In this document: in pieces, positions 28,688 through 38,589 of the stretch
Layout of the letters: each line of letters opens with the position of its first letter
Numbering within the stretch: the stretch's first letter is position 1
Assembly: GCA_020353515.1 (NCBI GenBank)
Contig: CP070695.1
Coordinates: 4,047,632-4,092,190 of the forward strand
Length of the DNA stretch: 44,559 nucleotides
Reading direction: 5' to 3'
Origin: Candidatus Heimdallarchaeota archaeon
GTDB lineage: Archaea; Asgardarchaeota; Heimdallarchaeia; Hodarchaeales; Hodarchaeaceae
Notes under the pieces: generated by a model
Database searches by the model: none
What the model was told of the DNA's origin: nothing
Seen by the model: the letters and a program-made list of their open reading frames with translations, nothing else
Translations under genes and position numbers: made by a program

Positions 28688-29680
28688 ATGGAAATTCGCA
28701 AAATTCAAGTTACTGGAGCTGGAGATACTCGAATAATCTCCCTTCCAAAAGAATGGGCTGAACGTAACCAGCTTGATAAGGGATCTAATGTCATTATTAA
28801 AGAGCTCTCAACTGGTGATTTAATTATCTTTCCTCAGAATTCTTCACTTGAACCTCAAAAGCGTGTTACAAGAATAATCGAATCTGATCACGTAAATCGT
28901 GACATTCTTGCTGCTTATCTTCTGGGAAGTGATATTATTACTGTTGTCTCTAAGAATAAAGAGACTTTGGCTCAAAAAAGCAACATCAGAGATCTAAGTC
29001 GCCAACTTATCGGTTTGGAGATCCTTGGGGAAACTCAAGAGAGTATTGAACTTCACTTCCTAATAGGAGAAGAAAAGGAAAATCCAAGGAAGTACGTCAA
29101 AAGATGTTTCTCAATTGCAAATCAAATGCAGAATGATGCTATTACCGCTTTTTTGAAGGGTGATGCAGCACTGGCTAGAGAGGTTATTGATCGTGACACT
29201 GAAGTTAATAGGCTTTATTTTCTTATTGTAAGAATGCTGAAGATAATGGCGGATGACAAACGTGAGGTATCTTATTTAAAAGGCCCCGCTTGCTTGGATT
29301 GGCGAATGGTTGCAACATATAGCGAGGATTTAGGAGATGCTTCTGTTGAATTTGCTAGAAATGTGAAAGAAATACCCGATATGCACAAAATGCTCTCTTC
29401 AGATACTCTAAAAAAGATCAGGCTACTTGGTGATTCTACTACTGAGTTGTTAACCCAAAGCTTAGATAATTTTTTTGAGCAGAATGTTATTGGTGCCGAA
29501 ATAATTAAGAAAAAAATTACTACAGAACTCCGTGACGAACATAGTAAAATCCAAGATGATATTTCCAAGCTTGAGAAAGAAGTCGTCTGGCAATTATCTT
29601 CTCTCCTGAATTTATTCAAAGTACTTCATGAAACAGCTATCGACATCGGAGACCTTGTAATAGCGAAGGTGAATGATTAA
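28688..29680 (+). CDS. AbrB/SpoVT-PhoU domain phosphate uptake regulator
   Basis: N-terminal RKIQVTG...ISLPKEWA (AbrB-like), then PhoU repeats (ILAAYLLG, LIGLEI, DTEVNRLYFLIVR, EDLGD). Confidence 0.88.
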   Translation: MEIRKIQVTGAGDTRIISLPKEWAERNQLDKGSNVIIKELSTGDLIIFPQNSSLEPQKRVTRIIESDHVNRDILAAYLLGSDIITVVSKNKETLAQKSNIRDLSRQLIGLEILGETQESIELHFLIGEEKENPRKYVKRCFSIANQMQNDAITAFLKGDAALAREVIDRDTEVNRLYFLIVRMLKIMADDKREVSYLKGPACLDWRMVATYSEDLGDASVEFARNVKEIPDMHKMLSSDTLKKIRLLGDSTTELLTQSLDNFFEQNVIGAEIIKKKITTELRDEHSKIQDDISKLEKEVVWQLSSLLNLFKVLHETAIDIGDLVIAKVND

Positions 29681-29927
29681 TCTAGACAAGATTCTTAGTA
29701 ATCTGAAAAAAACAACCCCAGAGCTTCCTGAATTGTTCAATCTGTTTTGTGGCTTGAAATGAATCTATTATTAACCATCGTAATTGAATATACTATCTTC
29801 TGAGCAGGGATTAAATGAAGAATACAAGTTTTATAACTAAAAAACGGAAATAGAATAGAAACTCTAATAAAGAGATCATAAAATTGGTAGATCAGAAACT
29901 AAATCAAGTTCTGGAGATCACAAAGAA

Positions 29928-30152
29928 ATGGCTATAAAAGAAGAAATTGTTAACTCTCTTGAGGAGATTCGTCCGTTCCTTCAAAAAGATGGAGGAGATG
30001 TAGAGTTCGTAGATTATGAAGATGGAGTTCTCAAAGTACGATTAATGGGAGCTTGTAGGGGATGTCCTTACTCCCAAATGACCCTCGCAAATGGTATCAA
30101 ACGTACATTGCAACAAAAATTTCCTCAGTTGAAGGAAGTAGAGGGTGTTTAA
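29928..30152 (+). CDS. NifU/Nfu-type Fe-S cluster carrier domain protein
   Basis: IRPFLQKDGGDVE, RLMGACRGCP, TLANGI. Confidence 0.93.
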   Translation: MAIKEEIVNSLEEIRPFLQKDGGDVEFVDYEDGVLKVRLMGACRGCPYSQMTLANGIKRTLQQKFPQLKEVEGV

Positions 30153-30363
30153 GCTTTTTATCCGAGAATCATCTTACATATTAATTTTTACATATAACCT
30201 CTTTTAAATAACGTAACAATCAGGAGACAATAGTTTTTCCTGACTCCCAAATTTATCTTGATTAGTCAAGCTCATTTTTTTTGTACTGAATACTTTAAAT
30301 ACCGTATCTGTTATTTCTTCTCTGATTTAAGTAGATCTAAAAGCTTGTTAATGATGAATTTCA

Positions 30364-31692
30364 ATGGGTAAAATCCATAAAAGTGAAAAAGACGACGAAA
30401 TAGAAGTAGAATGTGTTTCTCCAGCTCGGAAGGTTCAAACTCTTTTCAAAATCTCAAAAAACCTAAATGAGTTTCTTCCTCCAGAAAATTATCTTGAAAT
30501 CTTATTTGAAGCTTTAAAAGACTTATATCATTTTGATCTGTTGTTCTTAAGTGATATTTCGGATACTCCTATAGTAGTTGTTCGATCTTCTGAATATTCA
30601 TTAAGCAATCAAGATCTAAATTCTCTTTTGACTAAAGTATTGGATCCAAAGTGGAATTCAGGAAAACAATTTCTCTATCTTACAAAAAAAGAAGCCTCAC
30701 ACAAAAGGGAATTTAGTAAATTTGGTATTAAGTCTCTTTTTGCAATCAAAGTAAGCACTATCCTCTTTCCAGAGTATTTTTTCGGCTTTATTAACTTTAA
30801 TAACGTTTTCATGCCAGTTAAAGAAGATATCAATTTTCTTCACACTTTAGCTCACATTATTAACCAATCGATATCATATTATGAGCTAAAATCACTGTTT
30901 GAGACATCTTATGATAAGTTACAAGTTAATGTTGAACGAATTCAACGAGAAAATGAACAACGTCGGGAATTACTAAAAAAAGTGAGGGAACAAACGAAAG
31001 AATTACAGCGTAGACACATAGAAATGGAGGAATTTGTGTATACCATCAGCCATGATCTTAAGGCGCCAATAATTTCAATACAAGGATTTGTGACTGCTCT
31101 CAATGAAGATTTTTCGAAATCACTTCCAAAGGAAGCCCAATATTATTTAGAGAGAATTATTAAGAATACAGCACAAATTGAAAGTATGATACGAGAGGTC
31201 TTAGAATATTCAAGAATTGGTAGAATAACTCAAGAAAAAGAGAAATTAGACTTAAAAGAGATTATTGACGATATAATTTCGCCTCAAATCCAAAAAAAGA
31301 ATATTAAAATCGGTTTTAAAGGAAAATCCCTGAAAATTTATGCTGAGAAGAATAGGATGCTTCAGCTTTTCGGTAATTTGATAGGAAATAGTGTAAAGTA
31401 CATGGGTGATCAACCAGAACCTCGTATAGAAGTGGGTACTCAAAAAATTGATTCTAAATTTGCTACAATATTTGTAAAAGATAATGGAATTGGAATTCCT
31501 GAAAAATTCAAGGACAAAGTGTTCAATATTTTCGTAAGGGCTAGTAATTTAGAAAACAAAGATATAGAGGGAACAGGAATAGGTTTAGCTCATTGTAAAA
31601 AGATTGTTGAAACTCATGGGGGACAAATTTGGCTAGAAAGTGAGGAAGGAAAAGGTACAGCCATTTTTCTTCAACTTCCTTTAGCCATTTAA
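30364..31692 (+). CDS. Sensor histidine kinase (GAF-like N-terminus, coiled coil, HisKA, HATPase_c)
   Basis: H-box YTISHDLKAP, N-box NLIGNSVKY, G1 DNGIGI, F-box VFNIF, G2 GTGIGLA, HGGQIW. Confidence 0.93.
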   Translation: MGKIHKSEKDDEIEVECVSPARKVQTLFKISKNLNEFLPPENYLEILFEALKDLYHFDLLFLSDISDTPIVVVRSSEYSLSNQDLNSLLTKVLDPKWNSGKQFLYLTKKEASHKREFSKFGIKSLFAIKVSTILFPEYFFGFINFNNVFMPVKEDINFLHTLAHIINQSISYYELKSLFETSYDKLQVNVERIQRENEQRRELLKKVREQTKELQRRHIEMEEFVYTISHDLKAPIISIQGFVTALNEDFSKSLPKEAQYYLERIIKNTAQIESMIREVLEYSRIGRITQEKEKLDLKEIIDDIISPQIQKKNIKIGFKGKSLKIYAEKNRMLQLFGNLIGNSVKYMGDQPEPRIEVGTQKIDSKFATIFVKDNGIGIPEKFKDKVFNIFVRASNLENKDIEGTGIGLAHCKKIVETHGGQIWLESEEGKGTAIFLQLPLAI

Positions 31693-31714
31693 GTTGTAGG
31701 ATAAGGTACAAAGA

Positions 31715-32479
31715 TTATTCAAGAAATTTTTCAATTCTATGAAATAATTCCTTCGAATCAGGTTCAACCGTCAATATATGACCTGATTTAGGTAGTTCAA
31801 GCATTCTAATCTTTGCTTCTGAAGCGAACATTTGTGTTTTTACTTTCATAATAGCAGGAATAGAGATCATATTATCCAACGATCCATACGCAATTAGAGT
31901 TGGTATGTTTATGCAGATTTTTTGTTCGCGCAAATGCTTGAGAAAGCGAGTAAGCTGGACTACTGAGGCAGTTGGACGATACATATAGCTATAGAGGTTA
32001 TGTTCCTTGAAATATTGTAAACTTTCTTCCCCCTTATATAAAAACTTACGAAAGACTCCTAAAATTGGTATTAGTCTTATTAATTTAGATTTTAACGCGA
32101 ATGGGGGTGCTAGAAGGCATAACTTCGGAATTATCGTGTTAGAAGAGTTATGAGTTAGATATAGGCATAATAAGGCTCCTAACGAGATTCCAATTGGAAT
32201 GATAGTTTTACAATGATCTTTAAGATAATCAAATCCATTTTCAACTGATTTATACCAATCTTGCCATGAGAAATTAGGTAGATCTTGATAGTTTGTACCA
32301 TGGCCAGCTAGTAACACTCCGTAAACAGTATAACCCTTTTTGTTGAGGTATTTCCCTAGGGGGAGAGTTTCTGTTGGTGATGCTGTAAATCCATGAACTA
32401 ATAATACTCCTAATTCTCCACCCTCGAAATAAAATGATTTAGCAAGATGTTTTAACGATTCTAGCTCATCAAAATCCAA
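31715..32479 (-). CDS. Alpha/beta-hydrolase (carboxylesterase/monoacylglycerol-lipase-like)
   Basis: HGFTASP, GHGT, nucleophile GISLG, GSLD, SGHIL. Likely start is the TTG at 32479 (AAGGT SD), which avoids overlap with the upstream gene. Confidence 0.88.
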   Translation of the reverse strand: MDFDELESLKHLAKSFYFEGGELGVLLVHGFTASPTETLPLGKYLNKKGYTVYGVLLAGHGTNYQDLPNFSWQDWYKSVENGFDYLKDHCKTIIPIGISLGALLCLYLTHNSSNTIIPKLCLLAPPFALKSKLIRLIPILGVFRKFLYKGEESLQYFKEHNLYSYMYRPTASVVQLTRFLKHLREQKICINIPTLIAYGSLDNMISIPAIMKVKTQMFASEAKIRMLELPKSGHILTVEPDSKELFHRIEKFLE

Positions 32480-32492
32480 CGTTGTAACCTTT

Positions 32493-33602
32493 TTATTCGT
32501 CGTTAAAAGTAAAAGATCGATAAATCCATCCTGATTGGAAAACCTGAGGACCAAATATCTCTATTCCCTTCTTAGTTTTCCAAATAGGTACACTAGATTT
32601 CATGAAAACAGCTACTTCTCGTTCCTTAGGAAAATCATCTTTCCAAGGAGTTAATCCTTTTCCAGTTTTACGATCTACAACTAATAGGCTATCAGGGCAA
32701 GTTACATACTGTTTTTCATCTAACCAAGATAGTAAGTACTCATTTTGATACCAAATTTTCAAAGTGTGAGCTTTTGATTTCAAGACAATTGTACCCCACG
32801 TAAAACCTCCTGTTTCATTTCTCGAAAAATTCTCAACCCCTCCTGTGAAGATTAATTGGGCATTTAGAGTATTTTCAATAACTGGTAAGGGATCAACATT
32901 ATTGTTGGCTGCTTCACTAATTTTGCGTCCTAATTGAATTGCTAATGAAATGGTCTTACCTTTAACTCCTTTTTGACAATCTAATGCTGACATAGGACAT
33001 CTCGCCACCCCTATGGAACCCTTAGCCAATCTCGAAATCATACGACAAATATCTTCAGCCCGTTTGTCTGAAATCGCTTCTTTTAAAACTATTCGATCTC
33101 CGTAAATACTGGCAATAGAAAGGGGGGTAATTGAGATTCCAACGACATTTGATGTGCTAATCGATATCATTGGCTTGGAACGACCTCCACACATGTCTCC
33201 ATCAACTGTAACTCGATTTAGAAGTGATCCAACCCATAAGGGAACCACAATATTTCCTGGGCCCATCTCTGTGGATACAAAACCTGTAAATTCAGTTTCT
33301 AAATGATCTTCCAGTAAATTAACAGCTTCTATCATCACATTATCAGATGTAGTGGGTAGATTTTCAATATACTTCATATCCTGAGAAGAAACACCACCTC
33401 CAACCATTCCAATGATGCATATCATATCAGTGGGTGAGAATTCTGTTATCTCTTGGATCTGAAAGGATTTTCCTTGGGAATATGTCTCCTTAACTCGTTT
33501 TAATGCAAGTACTGGGTCACCACCCCCACCTGTGCCCAGGATCTGTGCGCCTTCTATTAGATATTGCGCCTCTTCTAATCTTAATTCACGAACCAACATC
33601 AA
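32493..33602 (-). CDS. DUF917 family protein
   Basis: GAQILGTGGGGD, EMGPGN, VDGDMCGGRSKP, QNEYL, TCPD, FGP. Confidence 0.8.
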   Translation of the reverse strand: MMLVRELRLEEAQYLIEGAQILGTGGGGDPVLALKRVKETYSQGKSFQIQEITEFSPTDMICIIGMVGGGVSSQDMKYIENLPTTSDNVMIEAVNLLEDHLETEFTGFVSTEMGPGNIVVPLWVGSLLNRVTVDGDMCGGRSKPMISISTSNVVGISITPLSIASIYGDRIVLKEAISDKRAEDICRMISRLAKGSIGVARCPMSALDCQKGVKGKTISLAIQLGRKISEAANNNVDPLPVIENTLNAQLIFTGGVENFSRNETGGFTWGTIVLKSKAHTLKIWYQNEYLLSWLDEKQYVTCPDSLLVVDRKTGKGLTPWKDDFPKEREVAVFMKSSVPIWKTKKGIEIFGPQVFQSGWIYRSFTFNDE

Positions 33603-33744
33603 TTCCTTCTATTAATGGGAATAAAACTCCGTTAAGACGATTACTCATTTATTGTTATTTTTCATGCTTGTGAAAAGTATTTTTTTATCTGTGATTCAAT
33701 GATTACGATGCAAGATTAGATATCTTTTTGATTTAGTAATATCA

Positions 33745-34917
33745 ATGTTAAGTAACATGGATACATGGTTTGAAAGGGTTCCTGAACTCAGTCTACATCT
33801 AAGAAGATTGACTTCAGATCAAGCTAAGGAAATTATTGAATTTTCTAGGGTAAATCACTGGGAAACAAAGGATTTTCACCAGATTTCTCGGGAATATGAA
33901 GAATTCATACAAGATAGACGTGTTGATGAACCTAAATATTCTGAATTATTATATCTCCAAGCAAAATTACTTTTTTTTGCTGGTGATTTAGCGAAATTAA
34001 ACGATCTTTTCACTTTGTCAGCCGTATCACAAGATATTCCTGGAGTTCAACTATATTATGCCTTAGGATTGGCATTTCAGGGCCACTCCAAGGAAGGGTT
34101 AGAAATTCTTGAACATATTGACTTGGATCTTTATGATTCTTTCATAAAATTAGAGATACTAAGTGTTACTCTTTTTATTTATTCTATTAAACGTGATTAT
34201 TTGGCTGTTTCTGACTTTTTTTATCAAATTTACAATCATCTAGACTCAAAAGAGTTTACTGATGAATTAAGGGCTCATTTACTTCCATGGGCTTACTTAC
34301 GACAGGCGTATTCTATCCGTGCCCAAGGAAAGGTTTTCGAGGCCATGGAACTAATTGAAACCTGCTATACTAATTTACGATCTTACCCTCATAGATTCTT
34401 TCAAGTTATGGCATTAACTCTCATGGGCCATTGTCACCATAACCTAGGAAATATTCAAAGAGCTTTGGAATTTTATGATCAAGCTATTGATATTTCAGTT
34501 GAGATTCAAAGTTGGATTCTTCTCTCTATCCTCTATAATCGAGTAGCTTTGGCAATGATGGCTCAGAAGAAGCCTAAATTAGCCAAAAGATATTTTAATC
34601 AAGCTATAACTCAAGCAAAGCAATCAAATGCAAATTGGCTTATAATTGGCCCTTTGGTAAACTTGGCTCAGTATAAACTTGCTGAGGGGAAGATAAGTGA
34701 AGCCATAGATGATTATCATCAATTTGTGGAAGTTGCTTTAGGGACTGGAGACGAGCAAGAATTATGTTATGCTCAATTAACACTCGCTGAGTTATACAAA
34801 GGGATTGGGGATATCCCTAAATCTAAGTACTTCTTATCTGAAGGTTTTAAACTTGCATTAAAACTAGGGATATTTCGAACAATCTCTCGTCCTGAAGATG
34901 AGGCAAATTATAACTAG
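33745..34917 (+). CDS. Tetratricopeptide-repeat protein
   Basis: TPR units such as MGHCHHNLGNIQRALEFYDQAI, NLAQYKLAEGKISEAIDDY and LAELYKGIGDIPKSKYFLSEG. Confidence 0.85.
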   Translation: MLSNMDTWFERVPELSLHLRRLTSDQAKEIIEFSRVNHWETKDFHQISREYEEFIQDRRVDEPKYSELLYLQAKLLFFAGDLAKLNDLFTLSAVSQDIPGVQLYYALGLAFQGHSKEGLEILEHIDLDLYDSFIKLEILSVTLFIYSIKRDYLAVSDFFYQIYNHLDSKEFTDELRAHLLPWAYLRQAYSIRAQGKVFEAMELIETCYTNLRSYPHRFFQVMALTLMGHCHHNLGNIQRALEFYDQAIDISVEIQSWILLSILYNRVALAMMAQKKPKLAKRYFNQAITQAKQSNANWLIIGPLVNLAQYKLAEGKISEAIDDYHQFVEVALGTGDEQELCYAQLTLAELYKGIGDIPKSKYFLSEGFKLALKLGIFRTISRPEDEANYN

Positions 34918-35112
34918 TTTAATAACTTAAATAGAAAAATAAATTGCTTTTCTAAATAGTGTAAGATTTTAGCTTTAATTAAAATGATATTTGGGTATGT
35001 GAGAAATCACTACACAAATATCTTAATTGATTCAATAGAAGGTCTTATTACTTGCTTCTAGGTTTTAATAATCCTATTCGAAAAACTTACAGCTTGAACG
35101 GAGTCAAGAACT

Positions 35113-35526
35113 TTGCCATATGAATATTTTGAGCATCAAGCTGATATTGGTATTCGAGGAAAAGGAAAAACCTTAGCTGAGGCATTTGAGCAAGCTGCTT
35201 TAGCAATGTTTGAGATTATGGTTGAAACAAAAGATCTTAAAATTGATCAACCACAATTAGTTGAAGTAGAAGGTAATGACCTAAATGAATTACTGATAGC
35301 CTGGTTAAGTGAATTACTTTTCCTGAAAGACGTAGAAGGAAAAATGTTTTCAAAATTTACAATAGAAAGCATTGACAAAAATAAACTTGTCGCTAAGATC
35401 TATGGTGAACCCATTGATTCTTCTCGGCATAAATTAAAACTTGAGGTAAAAGCTGCTACATATACACAACTATTCATCGAAAAGAAAGACAATTATTGGA
35501 TTGCACAATGTTTGGTGGATGTTTAA
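35113..35526 (+). CDS. Archease (RtcB activator)
   Basis: YEYFEHQADIG, EVKAATY, terminal VDV. TTG start with GGAG SD; its stop abuts the rtcB ATG. Confidence 0.95.
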   Translation: MPYEYFEHQADIGIRGKGKTLAEAFEQAALAMFEIMVETKDLKIDQPQLVEVEGNDLNELLIAWLSELLFLKDVEGKMFSKFTIESIDKNKLVAKIYGEPIDSSRHKLKLEVKAATYTQLFIEKKDNYWIAQCLVDV

Positions 35527-36960
35527 ATGCCCGATCTCTTTAAAAAAATGCCTGATAGGATTAATCTTTGGACGATTGAAAAACAAAGAAAAATGAAAGT
35601 GCCTGCATTCATTTATGGTGATAATGCAATAATAAATGAACTCAGAGCTGATTATAAGCGCGATTGGAGTGCAACACGACAAATAATGAATGTTGCATCA
35701 CTCCCAGGTATCCAAAAAGGAATGCTTGCGATGAGCGATGTTCACCCAGGATATGGGTTTCCCATTGGTGGCGTAGCGGCATTTGATATTGATACAGGGG
35801 TTGTAAGTATGGCAGGTGTTGGTTATGATATCAATTGTGGCGTTAGGACCATGCTTACAAATCTAACAAAAAATGATTTGGAACCAAAGAAGAAAGACAT
35901 AATTTCAGAACTCTTTAATACTGTCCCTGCAGGCTTGGGAAAACCAGGGAAGATTAATTTAGAGATAAATAAAGTAGATGAGTTATTAGTCAATGGTGCA
36001 CCGTATGTAGTGGAAATGGGATATGGAACGGAAGATGATCTTACCCATACAGAGGAGAATGGAGTTATAAAAGGAGCCAACCCCAAAAATGTCAGTTTCA
36101 AGGCAAAAAAAAGACAGTACAACCAAATAGGGACTTTAGGGTCAGGAAATCATTATCTAGAACTTCAAATTGTAGACAAAATCTTTGATGAAGAAGCTGC
36201 AAAGACATATGGCTTGTTTCAGAATCAAGTAATCATTTCTCTTCACTGTGGTTCCCGAGGGCTTGGACATCAAATCGGTACAGATTATTCAACGCAATTA
36301 GTTCGAGCTTCTCAAAAGTATAATTTACCCCTACCTGACAAGGAATTAGGTTCTGCTCCGATTAAAAGCGTTGAAGGGGAACGGTACATCTCTGCAGTGA
36401 ATTGTGGGATAAATGCTGCCTTGGCGAATCGCCAGGTGATAGCTCACCTTGTACGTCAAGCTTTTAAGAAAATTTTTGACGAAGACATCAAACAGCTATA
36501 TGATGTTGGACATAATACTTGTAAATTCGAGGTTCATAATGGAAAAGAAGTTTTAGTCCATCGAAAGGGGTCTACTCGGGCATTCGGGCCTAATCATCCA
36601 CAAGTTCCCAGTAAGTATCGTAAAGTTGGCCAACCTGTGCTTATAGGAGGAACAATGGGGACTTCTTCTTATATTTTAACTGGAACAGAGCTTGGGATGA
36701 AAGAAACTTTTGGTAGTGCGTGTCATGGAGCAGGGAGAAGTATGTCTAGAAAGGCAGCTAAGAAAAAGTATTGGGGAAAAACTGTTGTCCAAGATTTAGC
36801 CCAAAAAGGGATTATGGTTCGAGCTCATAGTTTTGCAGGAGTTGCTGAGGAAGCACCAGGTGCCTATAAGAAGGTAGAGCATGTAGTAAATACAATGCAT
36901 GATGCTGGGGTTGTGAACAAAGTTGTCCAAGTATTACCTATTGGTGTAGTAAAAGGGTAG
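35527..36960 (+). CDS. rtcB: RNA-splicing/repair ligase RtcB
   Basis: DVHPGYGFPIG, GYDINCG, GTLGSGNHY, HCGSRG-x-GHQ, DVGHN, HRKG, CHGAGR, EEAPGAYK; no intein. Confidence 0.97.
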   Translation: MPDLFKKMPDRINLWTIEKQRKMKVPAFIYGDNAIINELRADYKRDWSATRQIMNVASLPGIQKGMLAMSDVHPGYGFPIGGVAAFDIDTGVVSMAGVGYDINCGVRTMLTNLTKNDLEPKKKDIISELFNTVPAGLGKPGKINLEINKVDELLVNGAPYVVEMGYGTEDDLTHTEENGVIKGANPKNVSFKAKKRQYNQIGTLGSGNHYLELQIVDKIFDEEAAKTYGLFQNQVIISLHCGSRGLGHQIGTDYSTQLVRASQKYNLPLPDKELGSAPIKSVEGERYISAVNCGINAALANRQVIAHLVRQAFKKIFDEDIKQLYDVGHNTCKFEVHNGKEVLVHRKGSTRAFGPNHPQVPSKYRKVGQPVLIGGTMGTSSYILTGTELGMKETFGSACHGAGRSMSRKAAKKKYWGKTVVQDLAQKGIMVRAHSFAGVAEEAPGAYKKVEHVVNTMHDAGVVNKVVQVLPIGVVKG

Positions 36961-36990
36961 AAAGGGCATTTAAGGCTAAAAGATTATTCT

Positions 36991-37653
36991 TCATTCTTTT
37001 GAGGGGATTTCAACTTTACAACTAACGCCTTGTGCAAATTCTTCAGCCATCGCTCGATCTCCAACAATGGTTCCAAAGTGCATAGGAATGGCTAACTTTG
37101 GATTTAATACTTTAGCTGCCTCAATAGCTTCTTTAGCTTTCATTACGTAAGTACCACTCACAGGGATGAGAGCAATGTCTGGATGAATGTCAGCCATTTC
37201 TGGAATATTATCCGAGTCACCAACATGATAGATTCGTTGCCCTTCCATTTCAAACACTACTCCGATTTTCATATCTTCTTTGGGGTGAAAGGGTACTCCT
37301 GGTTCACGAAATTTATTAATGTTATAAGCTGGAACAAATTCAAAGTTAATAGAGGCAATGGTTTGTGTTTCCGAAGGACTGACATAATGAACAGTCTTAC
37401 AATCTAGTTGATCTAGAGTTTCCCGAGCCATGGGGATCCCGATAACTTCTGTTTTTGTTGAGGACACAAATTTCTTTAAATCATCGATATTACAATGATC
37501 AAAATGCTCGTGTGTGCTTACAAGGACATCAACAGGATCAAAATCTCCCTCAACTTGAAATGGATCAATACATACTGTTTTACCAGAACGATCTGTAATA
37601 AGAAAGCCATCATGACCTAACCAACGAAAAGTAATTCCTTCAAATTCAATCAA
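36991..37653 (-). CDS. MBL-fold metallo-hydrolase (UPF0173/UlaG-like)
   Basis: WLGHDGF, IDPF, THEHFDH (HxHxDH), YHVGDS, PMHFG. Start re-assigned to the TTG at 37653 (GGTGGTGAT SD). Confidence 0.9.
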   Translation of the reverse strand: MIEFEGITFRWLGHDGFLITDRSGKTVCIDPFQVEGDFDPVDVLVSTHEHFDHCNIDDLKKFVSSTKTEVIGIPMARETLDQLDCKTVHYVSPSETQTIASINFEFVPAYNINKFREPGVPFHPKEDMKIGVVFEMEGQRIYHVGDSDNIPEMADIHPDIALIPVSGTYVMKAKEAIEAAKVLNPKLAIPMHFGTIVGDRAMAEEFAQGVSCKVEIPSKE

Positions 37654-37758
37654 TAAGATCACCACCAATTTCTTCAAATACTAATTTAAGAATTTTTCCA
37701 CCAATATTTCCATTATTGCGAAATTAATTTAGTATGATCAGTGGGGAAATAATGTAGC

Positions 37759-38589
37759 ATGGATAGGCATTTATTTTTTGAATATCTGAATTCTATAACA
37801 GCTTTTCTTGAGAGTAATTATCGAGATAATTTAATTTCAATTGTCTTATTTGGGTCATTAGTAAATAGAAACGTGCGAATTACTATTTCGACTGATGCGG
37901 ATCTACTAGTAATTCTTCATGATTCATGCACTTCGAGAGATTTTAAAAGAATCAAAAGGAATCTTATCGAAATAGAAAGCAGTTTATTACCTCATTTGAG
38001 TGCTCATGAATCTCTATTCATTAGAAGCTTACAAAGTGCTACTGGAATGTTTTGTAATTTTTTCATTTGTCGATTCTCTGATTTTAAGAGACGTAATTTT
38101 AATCGGGTTTTTAATGTTAATTCATTCATGGGAGCACTCCTTGCTCCTCAAAATTCTGTTTGGTTGTCATTGTTAAGTCAACATCGTATTCTTTGGGGAG
38201 AAAACGTGTTCAGAGAATGGGAAACGTTTCCCATCATAACAAAATATGATTTACTTCGTTCATTCCTGATGAACTGTTTACTGGCATTGGGAGCTTTATT
38301 TTTGTATCCTCTTCATCCTCAGATAACAAAATTTTCAATGGAAGCGATGAAATGGTCTCTTTTTACTTGGAAAAATATCTATTCCGATCCCTCATTACCG
38401 CTAAACGAGATCATTACAAGATTTGTGGTTTATACATCAGAATTAGAACAACGCGCTCTTCATGATTTTGTTGAGTATCGAAAGCATAAGAAACCAAGTA
38501 AATTTTTCCCACTTCTAGCATGGATTTTTGCTTTTCAGCTTCATAGATCTATATTTCAAACTATGGCTGAAAAATCTCTGGAGTTCTAG
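37759..38589 (+). CDS. Pol-beta superfamily nucleotidyltransferase (MNT-like N-terminus plus helical C-terminal domain)
   Basis: ISIVLFGS ... TDADLLVI (hG[GS]-xn-DhD) and RILWGENV; 29-bp convergent overlap with the aspS 3' end. Confidence 0.78.
   Translation: MDRHLFFEYLNSITAFLESNYRDNLISIVLFGSLVNRNVRITISTDADLLVILHDSCTSRDFKRIKRNLIEIESSLLPHLSAHESLFIRSLQSATGMFCNFFICRFSDFKRRNFNRVFNVNSFMGALLAPQNSVWLSLLSQHRILWGENVFREWETFPIITKYDLLRSFLMNCLLALGALFLYPLHPQITKFSMEAMKWSLFTWKNIYSDPSLPLNEIITRFVVYTSELEQRALHDFVEYRKHKKPSKFFPLLAWIFAFQLHRSIFQTMAEKSLEF

Noticed and set aside
16101-29762. Tiny ORFs overlapping the stops of the 204-aa gene (27 aa, minus strand) and phoU (29 aa, plus strand)
   Set aside because: Too short, with no recognisable motif or properly spaced SD.
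22747-36960. Inteins in RFC or RtcB (common archaeal insertion hosts)
   Set aside because: The proteins have normal lengths and contiguous motifs, with no C...HN splicing blocks or LAGLIDADG motifs.
1114-38589. Possible amber (UAG) recoding or pyrrolysine, prompted by several genes ending in TAG
   Set aside because: alba, rtcB, hbd and aspS end with TAG at the family-typical C-terminus, so UAG is a normal stop, and no gene is split by an internal TAG or TGA.
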